A stretch of 64,000 bases of DNA, taken from assembly GCA_034520665.1 (NCBI GenBank), contig JAXHNJ010000001.1, positions 322,579 through 386,578 of the forward strand, given 5' to 3'. Each line of letters begins with the position of its first letter. Position 1 is the stretch's first letter. The notes under the pieces were generated by a model that ran no database searches, was not told where the DNA came from, and saw nothing but the letters and a program-made list of their open reading frames with translations. Of this stretch, positions 20,271-29,420 are shown piece after piece. Position numbers and translations under genes: made by a program. This stretch comes from Patescibacteria group bacterium. Lineage in GTDB: Bacteria; Patescibacteriota; Patescibacteriia; JAXHNJ01.

Positions 20271-20651
20271 AAACTTTTTTGGGAGCGCTTAATAAGATAG
20301 ACAAATATTAAGTGCTCCCCCAATTTCTTTAGTTTTTAAATTAATTAAAGGTTGAAGAAATTGTTCATTAAATATAAAATCATAGCTGCCATCTTGGAGG
20401 CGAGAAAGCTTGGTTATTTTAGCCAGGTCAATCGACTGGAGATAATTTAAGTCATTTTAGCCGGAGTAATCTGGTATTGGCTTAATTGTCTTCCTTAATA
20501 AACCCTTAACTTTTTTATTAGTTTTGGGAAACTAAACTTATTTATCTCGCCTCCAGCCTGGTGGCTGTGATGATAGATGATAGAAGGCGGTGAGTTAATT
20601 TTAGATGCTCCTTTTTTAAAAAAGGAGCCTAAAAAGAAAGGAGGGTAAATC

Positions 20652-21080
20652 TTGAATAACAAAAGATTTACTCTGATTGAGCTGATGATCGTGGTAGTAC
20701 TTTTCGGTATTCTGGCGGCTATTGCGATCCCGAATTTCATTAATAAGGACCGGGACGCCAAAGTCAAGGCCAACTGCTATACTTTACAATTGGCCGCTGA
20801 GGATTTTGCCACTCAGAATGGAGGGAATTATCCGATGAATTCCAGTGATCAGACATCCACAAGCGACAGTCTGATTGATTTTCTGCCTGAAGACCAATAT
20901 CTTATCAATCCCTTCACGCAGAAAAGGACGGAGCCCAGTAGCTGGGATGACATCTATCTTGACCATTCCCCGGGATCTATCTCTTACACGCCATGCCCTT
21001 TAGGCGATGACTATGGATACATAATTAGGGGCTATGACCATAAGGGTGATTTGCTGATTTTCCTCTCTTCCATGGACTAG
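20652..21080 (+). CDS. Type IV pilin / pseudopilin-like protein
   Basis: FTLIELMIVV...AAIAIPNF N-methylation helix, NPF motif. TTG start after a strong SD. Confidence 0.85.
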   Translation: MNNKRFTLIELMIVVVLFGILAAIAIPNFINKDRDAKVKANCYTLQLAAEDFATQNGGNYPMNSSDQTSTSDSLIDFLPEDQYLINPFTQKRTEPSSWDDIYLDHSPGSISYTPCPLGDDYGYIIRGYDHKGDLLIFLSSMD

Positions 21081-21220
21081 CTCAACTGTCATTTCGGGAA
21101 TCTCTTTTTCATCTTTGATGAATGAGAGATTCCTACTTTTTTCCTAGAAGATTAATAATTTAGTCTTTTTAGAAAAAGAGTTCTTTAAAATTTATTGGTT
21201 TTATAAAAAGAAAGTTAATC

Positions 21221-21592
21221 ATGAATTTTCTAACAATGTTTCCAGTGATTTTAGTTTTAGTTTTGATGATCAGACAGGATTTCAGTCAAAGAATAATCAG
21301 TCATAAGATTAAAGCCTGTTTAACAGACTTATCACTTATTAATATGATGAAAGCCAATGACAAGGTTACCCGAATAATTGTGGCTTTGGCACTTTTTATC
21401 ATTTTTTATCTGGTAAATTATGCGGCTAAAAGAAGGCTGAAAAAAGAAATAATAGGCGGAGCTAATTTACTATTAATAGCTAACTTATCTTTGCTTTTTG
21501 GCTCAATTGTCTTCCTTAATAAACCCTTAACTTTTTTATTAGTTTTTGGGAAACTAAACTTATTTATCTCGCCTCCAGCCTGGTGGCTGTGA
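21221..21592 (+). CDS. Hypothetical membrane ORF, possibly decayed
   Basis: Hydrophobic. The last ~30 codons lie in the 100-bp repeat, which is non-coding in its other copy. Confidence 0.35.
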   Translation: MNFLTMFPVILVLVLMIRQDFSQRIISHKIKACLTDLSLINMMKANDKVTRIIVALALFIIFYLVNYAAKRRLKKEIIGGANLLLIANLSLLFGSIVFLNKPLTFLLVFGKLNLFISPPAWWL

Positions 21593-21789
21593 TGATAGAA
21601 GACAGTCTATTTAAATGTCCTTAAAAAAGAGCCTGATAAAACCATAAATTAAAGGGTGCATTTAACTGATAATTCAAAAAAAATCGCCCTTCCATTTCAG
21701 AGCTTAAAAAATATCTTTTAAGACTTGAGACGGATCTTTAAAAAGGGTTGCTGTTTACCTACGAAAACAGCAATAAAAAGGAGGATACG

Positions 21790-22296
21790 GTGAAGAATTT
21801 TTTTATCGTTTTCGTATCAGTTCTTTTCATTGCCTCGCTTTGCCAGGCAGAATGTTTGAAAACCTGTAATTCTCAGACTCTCGATAGCCTAGAGAAGACA
21901 ATCAGAAATGAAAAGTTTTATGGGGAAGCCTGGTCACAGGTCATAGCCCGTGGTACCTGTCATATTGATATTTGTGAGACCACAACGATCTATTCAGAAG
22001 TAGAATGGATAATGTACACAAATACCGATGGCTATGTACAGATGTATTTCAACGCGGCTTTTCCGAGCGCTTTCGAGGTGGAGATAGAATTAACCAAAGA
22101 CAGTCTCGACCGCTCTTGGAAAGTAGAAGTGTTCAGAGACCAGGCCTATACTTGGATGGGTCTGACTAACAACTGGATTTATGAGCGTAAAGATAGCCAG
22201 ATGAATGAAGTACTATCAAAGCTCTATACTGGGCTGTTGGTCGATAATCTCTCATTTATTTCCGCGCCGGAGATAACCTGGCTCGGCAACGATTAA
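21790..22296 (+). CDS. Secreted hypothetical protein
   Basis: AAGGAGG SD before GTG 21790, signal peptide, several Cys. Confidence 0.7.
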   Translation: MKNFFIVFVSVLFIASLCQAECLKTCNSQTLDSLEKTIRNEKFYGEAWSQVIARGTCHIDICETTTIYSEVEWIMYTNTDGYVQMYFNAAFPSAFEVEIELTKDSLDRSWKVEVFRDQAYTWMGLTNNWIYERKDSQMNEVLSKLYTGLLVDNLSFISAPEITWLGND

Positions 22297-22430
22297 TTTC
22301 TTCGTATACCTGATCATTGGGTGCGTGAACAGAGTAGCGCACCCGTCTATCTTAGTTTTTAATAATTTAAAAATTGAGACGGATCTTTAACTTGACAAAA
22401 GCTTCAATATAGTTATATTATTGAAGTTAG

Positions 22431-22570
22431 AAAGCTGTCAGTTAAGCCTAAAATTAAAGACTTTACTTTTAAGTTGCAAAATCTCTCTCCTCATCTTAAA
22501 ATGTTCGCATTTTAAGAAACGCATCGAAAAAAGAAGGTCTTGAAATTAACAAAGCTTACTGGCAGCTTTT
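22431..22570 (+). ncRNA. Candidate rod-shaped small RNA (6S-like?)
   Basis: TTGACA promoter at 22392. Closing stem aaagctgtcagt/actggcagcttt, internal bubbles, terminal tcttaaaatg-TTCG-cattttaaga. Confidence 0.45.
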
Positions 22571-22633
22571 TGGTTATAAAATTTTTATTATTAGATTGAT
22601 TTTAGGCCTAAAATCTGCTAAAATCAGATTATT

Positions 22634-24262
22634 ATGTGGCGAAAAGTCTGGAATAAACTTCAAAACACTGTAGCTGGCGGAGCTATTATTATAGCTTCGG
22701 CTTCTGTTTTATCAAAGGTTTTAGGCTTAGTGCGCGACCGGCTTTTGGCTTCTTCTTTTGGAGCCAGTGATATTTTAGACACTTATTTTGCCGCTTTTCG
22801 TTTGCCAGATCTTATTTTTAATATTTTAGTTTTAGGAGCTTTGTCTTCGGCTTTTATTCCGATTTTTATTGAGTATTGGAAAAAAGGTAAAAGCGCCCTG
22901 GCTAGAAAAGAAGCCTGGCATATTGCTAATTCTATTTTGAATATTATAGTAGTTTTTTTATTTATCTTGGGATTAATATTTTTGATTTTTGCTCCCCAAT
23001 TAGTTTCTTTAATTACTCCCGGTTTTGACGCGCAAAAACAAGCTATGACCACTAGGTTAACTCGTATTATGTTAGCTTCAATTTTACTTTTTGGCGTTTC
23101 TAATGTTTTTTCCAGTATTTTAAATTCTTTTCGCCGCTTTTTGGCCTATGCTCTAGCCCCGATCATGTATAACGTCGGTATTATCTTTGGTATTCTTTTT
23201 CTTTATCCGGGTATGGGCATAGAAGGTCTGGCCTGGGGGGTAGTTTTAGGCGCTTTTTTACATATGGTCATTCAGCTGCCAGCTGTTTTAAAAACAGGCT
23301 ATCGTTATAAACGAGTTTTTAACTACCATCATCCTGGAGTTAAAAAAATGGCCCGACTTATTTTACCTCGCACTTTTGGATTAGCTATTTTTCAGATTAA
23401 TCGTTTGGTTATAACCATCGTTGCTTCGACCTTAATGGCTGGTTCAATCGCCGTTTTTAATTTAGCTAATAATTTGCAGAGTTTTCCCATCAACGTATTT
23501 GGTGTCTCTTTAGCCATAGCTGCTTTTCCTTTGATGAGCAGCGCTTTTGCTGAGAAAGACACTGGCAAGTTTGTGCTTCATTTTTCAGTTACCTTTAGAC
23601 GTATTCTATTTTTAGTAATACCTGCCTCAGTTTTAATCCTTTTATTAAGAGCTCAGCTGGTGCGAGTAATTTTAGGATCCGGCTCTTTTGACTGGCAAGA
23701 TACTTATTTAACCGCTCAGACCCTGGGGTATTTTTCATTATCTCTTTTTGCTCAAAGCTTAGTCCCAGTTTTGGCTCGTTCGTTTTATGCTCACCATGAC
23801 ACTAAAACGCCAGTTAAAGTCAGTATTTTTTCTTTGGTTATAAATATAATCGGCTCAGTGATTTTAGGTAAAGTTATGGGAGTGACTGGCCTGGCCCTTT
23901 CTTTTTCCATTGCTAATATTATAAATATGATTCTTTTACTGGGTATTTTAAGGAATAAAATGGGCTATTTGGATGATAAAAAAATAATTAATTCCACTTT
24001 GAAAATAGCCATGGCCAGTATAGTCATGGGCGGCGTAATCTGGCTGGTTAAGCGTTTTTTGGTCTTAGGTATCGATATGAGCACCTTTGTCGGAGTGTTT
24101 TTACAGGGCCTAATAGCTGGTTTATCTGGTATAATAGTTTATTTATTAATAGCTTTGATTTTCCGTTTTGATGAAATTTCAATAATCACTAATTGGTTTA
24201 GAAGAACCAAGAAAAAAATTATTAATAATACTAAGAATAATTCCAATAATAATTATAAATAA
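22634..24262 (+). CDS. murJ: Lipid II flippase MurJ (MviN)
   Basis: SKVLGLVRD, AFRLPD, AFIP, RSFYA..DTKTP, about 14 TMs. Confidence 0.95.
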   Translation: MWRKVWNKLQNTVAGGAIIIASASVLSKVLGLVRDRLLASSFGASDILDTYFAAFRLPDLIFNILVLGALSSAFIPIFIEYWKKGKSALARKEAWHIANSILNIIVVFLFILGLIFLIFAPQLVSLITPGFDAQKQAMTTRLTRIMLASILLFGVSNVFSSILNSFRRFLAYALAPIMYNVGIIFGILFLYPGMGIEGLAWGVVLGAFLHMVIQLPAVLKTGYRYKRVFNYHHPGVKKMARLILPRTFGLAIFQINRLVITIVASTLMAGSIAVFNLANNLQSFPINVFGVSLAIAAFPLMSSAFAEKDTGKFVLHFSVTFRRILFLVIPASVLILLLRAQLVRVILGSGSFDWQDTYLTAQTLGYFSLSLFAQSLVPVLARSFYAHHDTKTPVKVSIFSLVINIIGSVILGKVMGVTGLALSFSIANIINMILLLGILRNKMGYLDDKKIINSTLKIAMASIVMGGVIWLVKRFLVLGIDMSTFVGVFLQGLIAGLSGIIVYLLIALIFRFDEISIITNWFRRTKKKIINNTKNNSNNNYK

Positions 24263-24266
24263 ATAT

Positions 24267-24483
24267 TTCTTAGCCACTTCAGTGGCGTACTGTAACCTTA
24301 CTCACAAATTCAATCATACGCGACTAAAGTCGCTAGGAAATATCTTATAGAATTTCTTAGCCACTTCAGTGGCGTACTGTAGTAATCCTTAGCAAAAAAA
24401 TACCTTGTTCACAAATTCAATCATACGCGACTAAAGTCGCTAGGAAATATCTTGTAGAATTTCTTAGCCACTTCAGTGGCGTA
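24267..24483. repeat. REP array upstream of RAYT (5 alternating inverted REPs)
   Basis: ttcttagccacttcagtggcgta at 24267, 24354, 24461. tacgcgactaaagtcgctaggaa at 24317, 24424. Confidence 0.9.
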
Positions 24484-24525
24484 CTGTAATTTAAATAAAT
24501 AATATTAAAATTAATTTAAATTATC

Positions 24526-25062
24526 ATGTCTAGATATTTTGTCGATAAATCATATTATTTTGTTACTGTACCAACAAATAAAAGGTATCACTTCTTTAAT
24601 AGTAATACTAAAAAGAAAATAATTCTGGATCAGATAAACAGAGTATGTAATGCTTATAATTTAAAAGAATTTAATTTTGGTATTATCTCTAATCATTACC
24701 ATTTTGTGGCTTATTTTAAAGAAGGAAGTATTATGCCAAAAATATTAAAGCAAATTAATGGTCGAAGTTCTTATGAATTAAATAAATTGACTGATAATAA
24801 GAAAGAAGTGTGGGGAGAATATTACATATATTTAATTGAAGATGATGTTTTGTTAGCAAAAGCACTCGGTTATGTAGTGGGTAATCCTTTAAAACATAAA
24901 GAAATTAAATCGTTTAAAGAATTAGAAAAATATCCTTTTTCCAGTTATAAGTCACTTATTAAAAGAATGGATAAAAAGGATGTTAATCAATATATCCGAT
25001 CTGTTATTAATATAAGGGAAAATGATTTTACCGCAAGTAATTTTAAAGTTAGATGTGAATAA
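24526..25062 (+). mobile_element. REP-associated tyrosine transposase (RAYT, IS200/IS605 Y1 HUH family)
   Basis: YFVT, NHYH (HUH), YVVGNP (catalytic Tyr plus NP), YPFSS. Flanked by REPs on both sides. Confidence 0.88.
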
Positions 25063-25088
25063 ATTTATGATGAAATATTTTATAGTAT

Positions 25089-25298
25089 TTCTTAGCCACT
25101 TCAGTGGCGTAGCTATAATAATCTTTAATAAAAAAATACTTTACTCACAAATTCAATCATACGCGACTAAAGTCGCTAGGAAATATCTTATAGTATTTCT
25201 TTATAGAATTTCTTAGCCACTTCAGTGGCGTACTGTAGTAATCCTTAACAAAAACTTTACTCACAAATTCAATCATACGCGACTAAAGTCGCTAGGAA
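25089..25298. repeat. REP array downstream of RAYT (4 alternating inverted REPs)
   Basis: Same two REP variants at 25089, 25160, 25210, 25276. Confidence 0.9.
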
Positions 25299-25330
25299 AT
25301 ATCTTGTAGAATTTTTTAACAAATTTTTAT

Positions 25331-27112
25331 ATGATTAGTAAAATAAGAAATTTTTGTATTATTGCCCATATCGATCATGGCAAATCAACTTTAGCTGACC
25401 GGTTTTTAGAATTAGCCGCTCATGTGCCCAGAAGAAAAATGAAAGAGCAGTTTCTTGATCAGATGGACTTAGAAAGAGAGAGAGGTATAACCATTAAATT
25501 ACAACCGGTTCGCTTAAATTATCAAAGTTATGAACTAAACTTAATTGATACTCCCGGTCATGTGGATTTTTCTTATGAAGTATCGCGTTCTCTGGCTGCG
25601 GTTGAGGGAGCGGTGCTATTAGTAGATGCTACCCAGGGTATTCAAGCTCAGACTTTGGCTAATTTATATTTAGCTTTAGATCATGATTTAGCTATTATTC
25701 CGGTTATTAATAAGATAGATTTACCCAATGCTCAAATAGAAGAGTCTGTTAAAGAATTAAGTGATTTATTGGGAGTAGAAGAAAGCGAAGTAATTAAAAT
25801 ATCAGCTAAAAAAGGTACTAATGTAAAAAAAATATTAGAGCAAATTGTTAAACAAATACCAGCCCCGCCAGAACAAGAGAAAAATGAGTTAAAAGCTCTG
25901 GTTTTTGATTCAAATTATGATGATTATAAGGGAGCGGTCGTGCATACTCGACTTTTTTCTGGTCAAATAAAAGCTGGTGATAAAATTTTATTTAAGGCCC
26001 AAAATAAAATTACTGAAGTTTCAGAAGTAGGCTATTTCAGTCCTTTTTTTAAAAAAACCGAGCAATTAAAAAATGGCCAGATTGGCTATTTGGTGACCGG
26101 CTTTAAAAATATTAGTGATATTAGAGTAGGGGATACTATTATCCATCAGGGTTCAAAAATTAAACCTTGTGCTGGTTATAAAGAGGTAAAGCCCATGGTC
26201 TTTGCCAGTCTTTTTCCATCTAGTGGAGATGATTATAAAAATTTGAGGAAAGCTATTGAAAAGTTGAAACTCAATGACTCTTCGTTGATTTTTGAACCAG
26301 AAAGCTCTCGGGCTTTGGGTTTTGGTTTTCGGTGCGGTTTTTTAGGGCTTCTACACCTGGAAATAGTCCAGGCAAGACTAGAAAGAGAGTATGATATTGG
26401 TATCATTACTACTGTGCCCAGTGTGGCTTATCAGGTTAAATTAACTAATAATAGAGCTAAAACCATACACAATGCTGAAGAATGGCCTGAGCCGGAGGAG
26501 ATAGAAGAGGTTAGAGAACCTTTTGTTAAGCTTGATATTATTACTCCCCAAAAATACATCGGACAAATTATGCCCTTGGCCGAAAATTTTCGGGGGAATT
26601 ACCTAAATACTGAATATTTACACAGTACTCAGGAAACCAGGGCTATTTTACATTATGAAATGCCGCTTTCTTCCATTTTGACCTATTTTTATGATAAACT
26701 AAAGAGTGTCTCTTCTGGCTTTGCTTCCTTAAACTATGAATTTATTGATTACAGGCCAGCTGATATTACTAGGATAGAAATTTTAGTGGCTGAAGAAAAA
26801 GTACCGGCTTTATCCTGTCTGGTTTATAAAGACAGCGCTTATAAGCAAGCCCGGCAGATAGTGGATAAATTAAAGGAGATTATTCCCCGTCAACAGTTTG
26901 TGGTTAAAATCCAGGCCCTGGTTGAAGGTGATATTATCGCGGCCAGCCGCCTAGCCGCTCTACGCAAAGATGTCACGGCTGGACTTTATGGCGGAGATGT
27001 TTCTCGTAAGAAAAAACTTCTTCAAAAACAAAAAAAGGGTAAGAAAAAAATGCAGTCTCAGGGAAAAGTGGAGATACCCACTAAAGCTTATTTAGAGGTG
27101 TTAAAACGTTAA
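25331..27112 (+). CDS. lepA: Elongation factor 4 (LepA)
   Basis: AHIDHGKSTLADR, DTPGHVDF, GFLGLLH, YGGDVSRKKKL. Confidence 0.98.
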   Translation: MISKIRNFCIIAHIDHGKSTLADRFLELAAHVPRRKMKEQFLDQMDLERERGITIKLQPVRLNYQSYELNLIDTPGHVDFSYEVSRSLAAVEGAVLLVDATQGIQAQTLANLYLALDHDLAIIPVINKIDLPNAQIEESVKELSDLLGVEESEVIKISAKKGTNVKKILEQIVKQIPAPPEQEKNELKALVFDSNYDDYKGAVVHTRLFSGQIKAGDKILFKAQNKITEVSEVGYFSPFFKKTEQLKNGQIGYLVTGFKNISDIRVGDTIIHQGSKIKPCAGYKEVKPMVFASLFPSSGDDYKNLRKAIEKLKLNDSSLIFEPESSRALGFGFRCGFLGLLHLEIVQARLEREYDIGIITTVPSVAYQVKLTNNRAKTIHNAEEWPEPEEIEEVREPFVKLDIITPQKYIGQIMPLAENFRGNYLNTEYLHSTQETRAILHYEMPLSSILTYFYDKLKSVSSGFASLNYEFIDYRPADITRIEILVAEEKVPALSCLVYKDSAYKQARQIVDKLKEIIPRQQFVVKIQALVEGDIIAASRLAALRKDVTAGLYGGDVSRKKKLLQKQKKGKKKMQSQGKVEIPTKAYLEVLKR

Positions 27113-27216
27113 TAAAATAAGGGGGCGATACCCAAAAATAAAAGCCCTAAAACTGCTAGCACGGCAATAATAGACCAAATAATTCTAACTTTTCTTTTTC
27201 GTTTCTTATTTATCAT
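27109..27216 (-). CDS. Putative 35-aa membrane mini-protein (not in ORF track)
   Basis: MINKKRKRKVRIIWSIIAVLAVLGLLFLGIAPLFY: basic N-terminus plus one TM. Exactly fills the intergenic gap. Confidence 0.5.
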   Translation of the reverse strand: MINKKRKRKVRIIWSIIAVLAVLGLLFLGIAPLFY

Positions 27217-27819
27217 ATGAACTTAGATTATTATAACAAAAATCTGGAAGAAAATGAAGAAATAATCAAAGTAGTGCGTCAGCACCCGATTGTTTTAATT
27301 AAACCAGTTTTCTGGCTGGGCTTGCTAATCTTACTAGACTTTTTCTTAATTACCTGGCTTTTTGCTAAAGGATTATGGGGGGTTTTGGTTTTTGTTTTAG
27401 TGCTTACTTTACCTTCTTTGTTAATTATGCGTAGTTGGGTCATTTGGAAAAAAAATATGATTATTATTACTACTAAAAGAGTGATTGATATTGACCAGCA
27501 TACTTTATTTCATAAGGTAGTTTCAGAATGTAATTATAGAAAAATTCAAGATGTTAGTTTTAAAGTTAAAGGGATTTTTGCCACTATTTTTAATTTTGGT
27601 CAAATTCAAATTCAGACCGCTGGTAATCAGGCTAATCTAGAAATAAGAAATATAAAAAACCCTAATGAGATACAAGAAATAATAACAGATGCCCAAAGAC
27701 AAGATCTTAAAAATAAGGATAAAAATATAGAGACTGATCTGCAGGAGGCTGTTGATAAGATAAAAAGCCGTCTGGATGACGAAACCATTAAAAAGCTTTT
27801 TAAACCGGATAATGAATAA
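27217..27819 (+). CDS. Bacterial PH-domain membrane protein
   Basis: Two TMs, ITTKRVID, IQDVS, FNFGQIQIQTAG. Confidence 0.8.
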   Translation: MNLDYYNKNLEENEEIIKVVRQHPIVLIKPVFWLGLLILLDFFLITWLFAKGLWGVLVFVLVLTLPSLLIMRSWVIWKKNMIIITTKRVIDIDQHTLFHKVVSECNYRKIQDVSFKVKGIFATIFNFGQIQIQTAGNQANLEIRNIKNPNEIQEIITDAQRQDLKNKDKNIETDLQEAVDKIKSRLDDETIKKLFKPDNE

Positions 27820-27854
27820 GTTTTACAATTAATTAATATTAAGTTATTATAACT

Positions 27855-28268
27855 ATGCCTCGTAAGAGAAAGTCGCCCTTTATTAAAATAATTTCATCAA
27901 ATCTTTTTATAGTGGCTAGTATAGCAGTTCTTATATTTTTAGGCGTTTCTTTGAGTAAGGAGATGATTAGACGACACCAAATATCACAAAGAATAAATTC
28001 TTTAGAATCCGAGATAGAAGCATTGGAAGAGTCAAATACTGAACTTTCAGATCTGATTGATTATTTAAAAAGTGATGAGTTTCGAGAAAAAGAAGCCAGG
28101 CTTAAAATGGGCTTAAAAAAAGAGGATGAAAATGTAATTGTAGTCCCTAATTTAAATACAAATGAGAATATTAATAAATCAACAAAACTAGCCAATAACA
28201 GCAATCAAGCGGCGGAAAATATAGAATTTTCTAATTTAAAAAAATGGTGGCGTTATTTCTTTAATTAA
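27855..28268 (+). CDS. Septum formation initiator (DivIC/FtsB family)
   Basis: TM plus coiled coil plus EKEARLKMGL..E.VI. Confidence 0.8.
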   Translation: MPRKRKSPFIKIISSNLFIVASIAVLIFLGVSLSKEMIRRHQISQRINSLESEIEALEESNTELSDLIDYLKSDEFREKEARLKMGLKKEDENVIVVPNLNTNENINKSTKLANNSNQAAENIEFSNLKKWWRYFFN

Positions 28269-28276
28269 AAAAATAT

Positions 28277-29275
28277 ATGGAAGCAAATAAAAAAATCAAA
28301 AGTAAAAAAAGTAAAGTTATTAGCTTAATATTTTTATTATTAGTGGCTCTGATAATAATTTTTATTTTAATATTTGCTATTGGCATTTATGGTTTTAACT
28401 GGCAAGATTCTTTTACCAAAAAAGTGAGCCAAATTGTGCCTTACCCTTCAGCTTTAGTTAATTATAAATTTTTAAGTTATCATGATTTTTTAGAAGATAA
28501 AGAAACCTTAAGCTATTATTACGAAAATATGCCTGTTGTTGAGACTAATCAAGCTAAACCTAATAACAGAGAGATTAATCAGCTTTCTATAAGTCGGTTG
28601 ATAAAAAATGAATTTCTTAGACAAGAAGCCAAAGATTATGATCTTAATGTGACTGATTTGGAGCTTGAACAGGAAATGCAAAAAATTATAAATCAGTCTG
28701 AAAGTAAGCAAGGAGTAGAAGATATTTTAAAAGAGATTTATAATTGGCAGCCGGAGGATTTTAAAGAAAATGTTCTTCGTTATTATTTATTACGCTCTAA
28801 ATTACAGGATGCTTTAGTGGCTGATGAAAATTTATCAGTAAATAAACAAGCCAAAGAAAAGGCTGATGAAGTTTTAGAAAAAGTTAATAATGAAGAGAAG
28901 TCTTTTGAAAATTTAGCTAAAGAATATAGCGAAGACGACACAGCCAGCCAAGGCGGTTATTTAGGCTTTTTTAGTCAGGGTGAAATGGTTTCTGAATTTG
29001 AACAGGCAGCTATGGCTTTGGAAGAAGACGAAACCTCTGGCTTGGTAAAAACAGAGTTTGGCTATCATATAATAAAATTATTAAGTAAAAAAGGCGAAGG
29101 TGAGGATTTAGAGCTTGAAGCCAGTCACATTTTAATAAAAACAGCTAATATTGATACTTATATTAACCAAGAAATTAAAAAAGCTCGTATTTATGTCTTT
29201 TTAAAGGATATAAAATGGGATAAAGAATTAGGCAGTGCTTCTTTACCAGGGGTAAACACCAATACTAATCAGTAG
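28277..29275 (+). CDS. PrsA/SurA-like parvulin peptidyl-prolyl isomerase
   Basis: FENLAKEYSED, GGYLGFF, MVSEFE, TEFGYHII. Confidence 0.9.
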   Translation: MEANKKIKSKKSKVISLIFLLLVALIIIFILIFAIGIYGFNWQDSFTKKVSQIVPYPSALVNYKFLSYHDFLEDKETLSYYYENMPVVETNQAKPNNREINQLSISRLIKNEFLRQEAKDYDLNVTDLELEQEMQKIINQSESKQGVEDILKEIYNWQPEDFKENVLRYYLLRSKLQDALVADENLSVNKQAKEKADEVLEKVNNEEKSFENLAKEYSEDDTASQGGYLGFFSQGEMVSEFEQAAMALEEDETSGLVKTEFGYHIIKLLSKKGEGEDLELEASHILIKTANIDTYINQEIKKARIYVFLKDIKWDKELGSASLPGVNTNTNQ

Positions 29276-29420
29276 TAAAAAATAAAATAAGAAAAGCGCT
29301 TTTACTTTTTTAAAAGCTTTTTTTATACTATAATACGAGAGTATTATCATGTTTTAGGTGGGTAGCTTTTGCTTGTTTGTTTAGGCGAGAAATAAAGAGT
29401 AAAAAATGATTAATTGATTT

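Larger units (their letters stand above)
20477..21599 (+). repeat. ~100-bp direct repeat (20477-20577 and 21498-21599)
   Basis: ttggctYaattgtcttccttaataaaccc...cgcctccagcctggtggctgtgatgataga, with one substitution and a 1-nt indel. Confidence 0.9.
17301..22391 (+). repeat. Nine dispersed 'hairpin-hairpin-boxA-like' intergenic junction units
   Basis: Approximately 17301-17395, 17641-17720, 18673-18752, 19254-19308, 19763-19850, 20281-20372, 21097-21190, 21652-21744, 22319-22391. Core cccaaaagcatta..tagtgcttttagga(g/a)agttagttcttt in the best copies. Confidence 0.75.

Noticed and set aside
17301-22391. Canonical integron/attC array
   Set aside because: No RYYYAAC...GTTRRRY pairing (GTTAGTT mismatches and has no inverse core) and no IntI in the window. 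Kept only as an analogy.
25022-25216. 64-aa ORF
   Set aside because: Reads through the REP array with no protein features.
24267-25298. CRISPR array
   Set aside because: Repeats alternate in orientation, linkers are conserved rather than unique, no cas genes are present, and they flank a RAYT.
29350-29395. Distant copy of the G/T-rich repeat upstream of tRNA-Thr
   Set aside because: Only patchy similarity (gttttaggtg..gttaggc.agaaata) in low-complexity sequence. Not supportable without alignment statistics.
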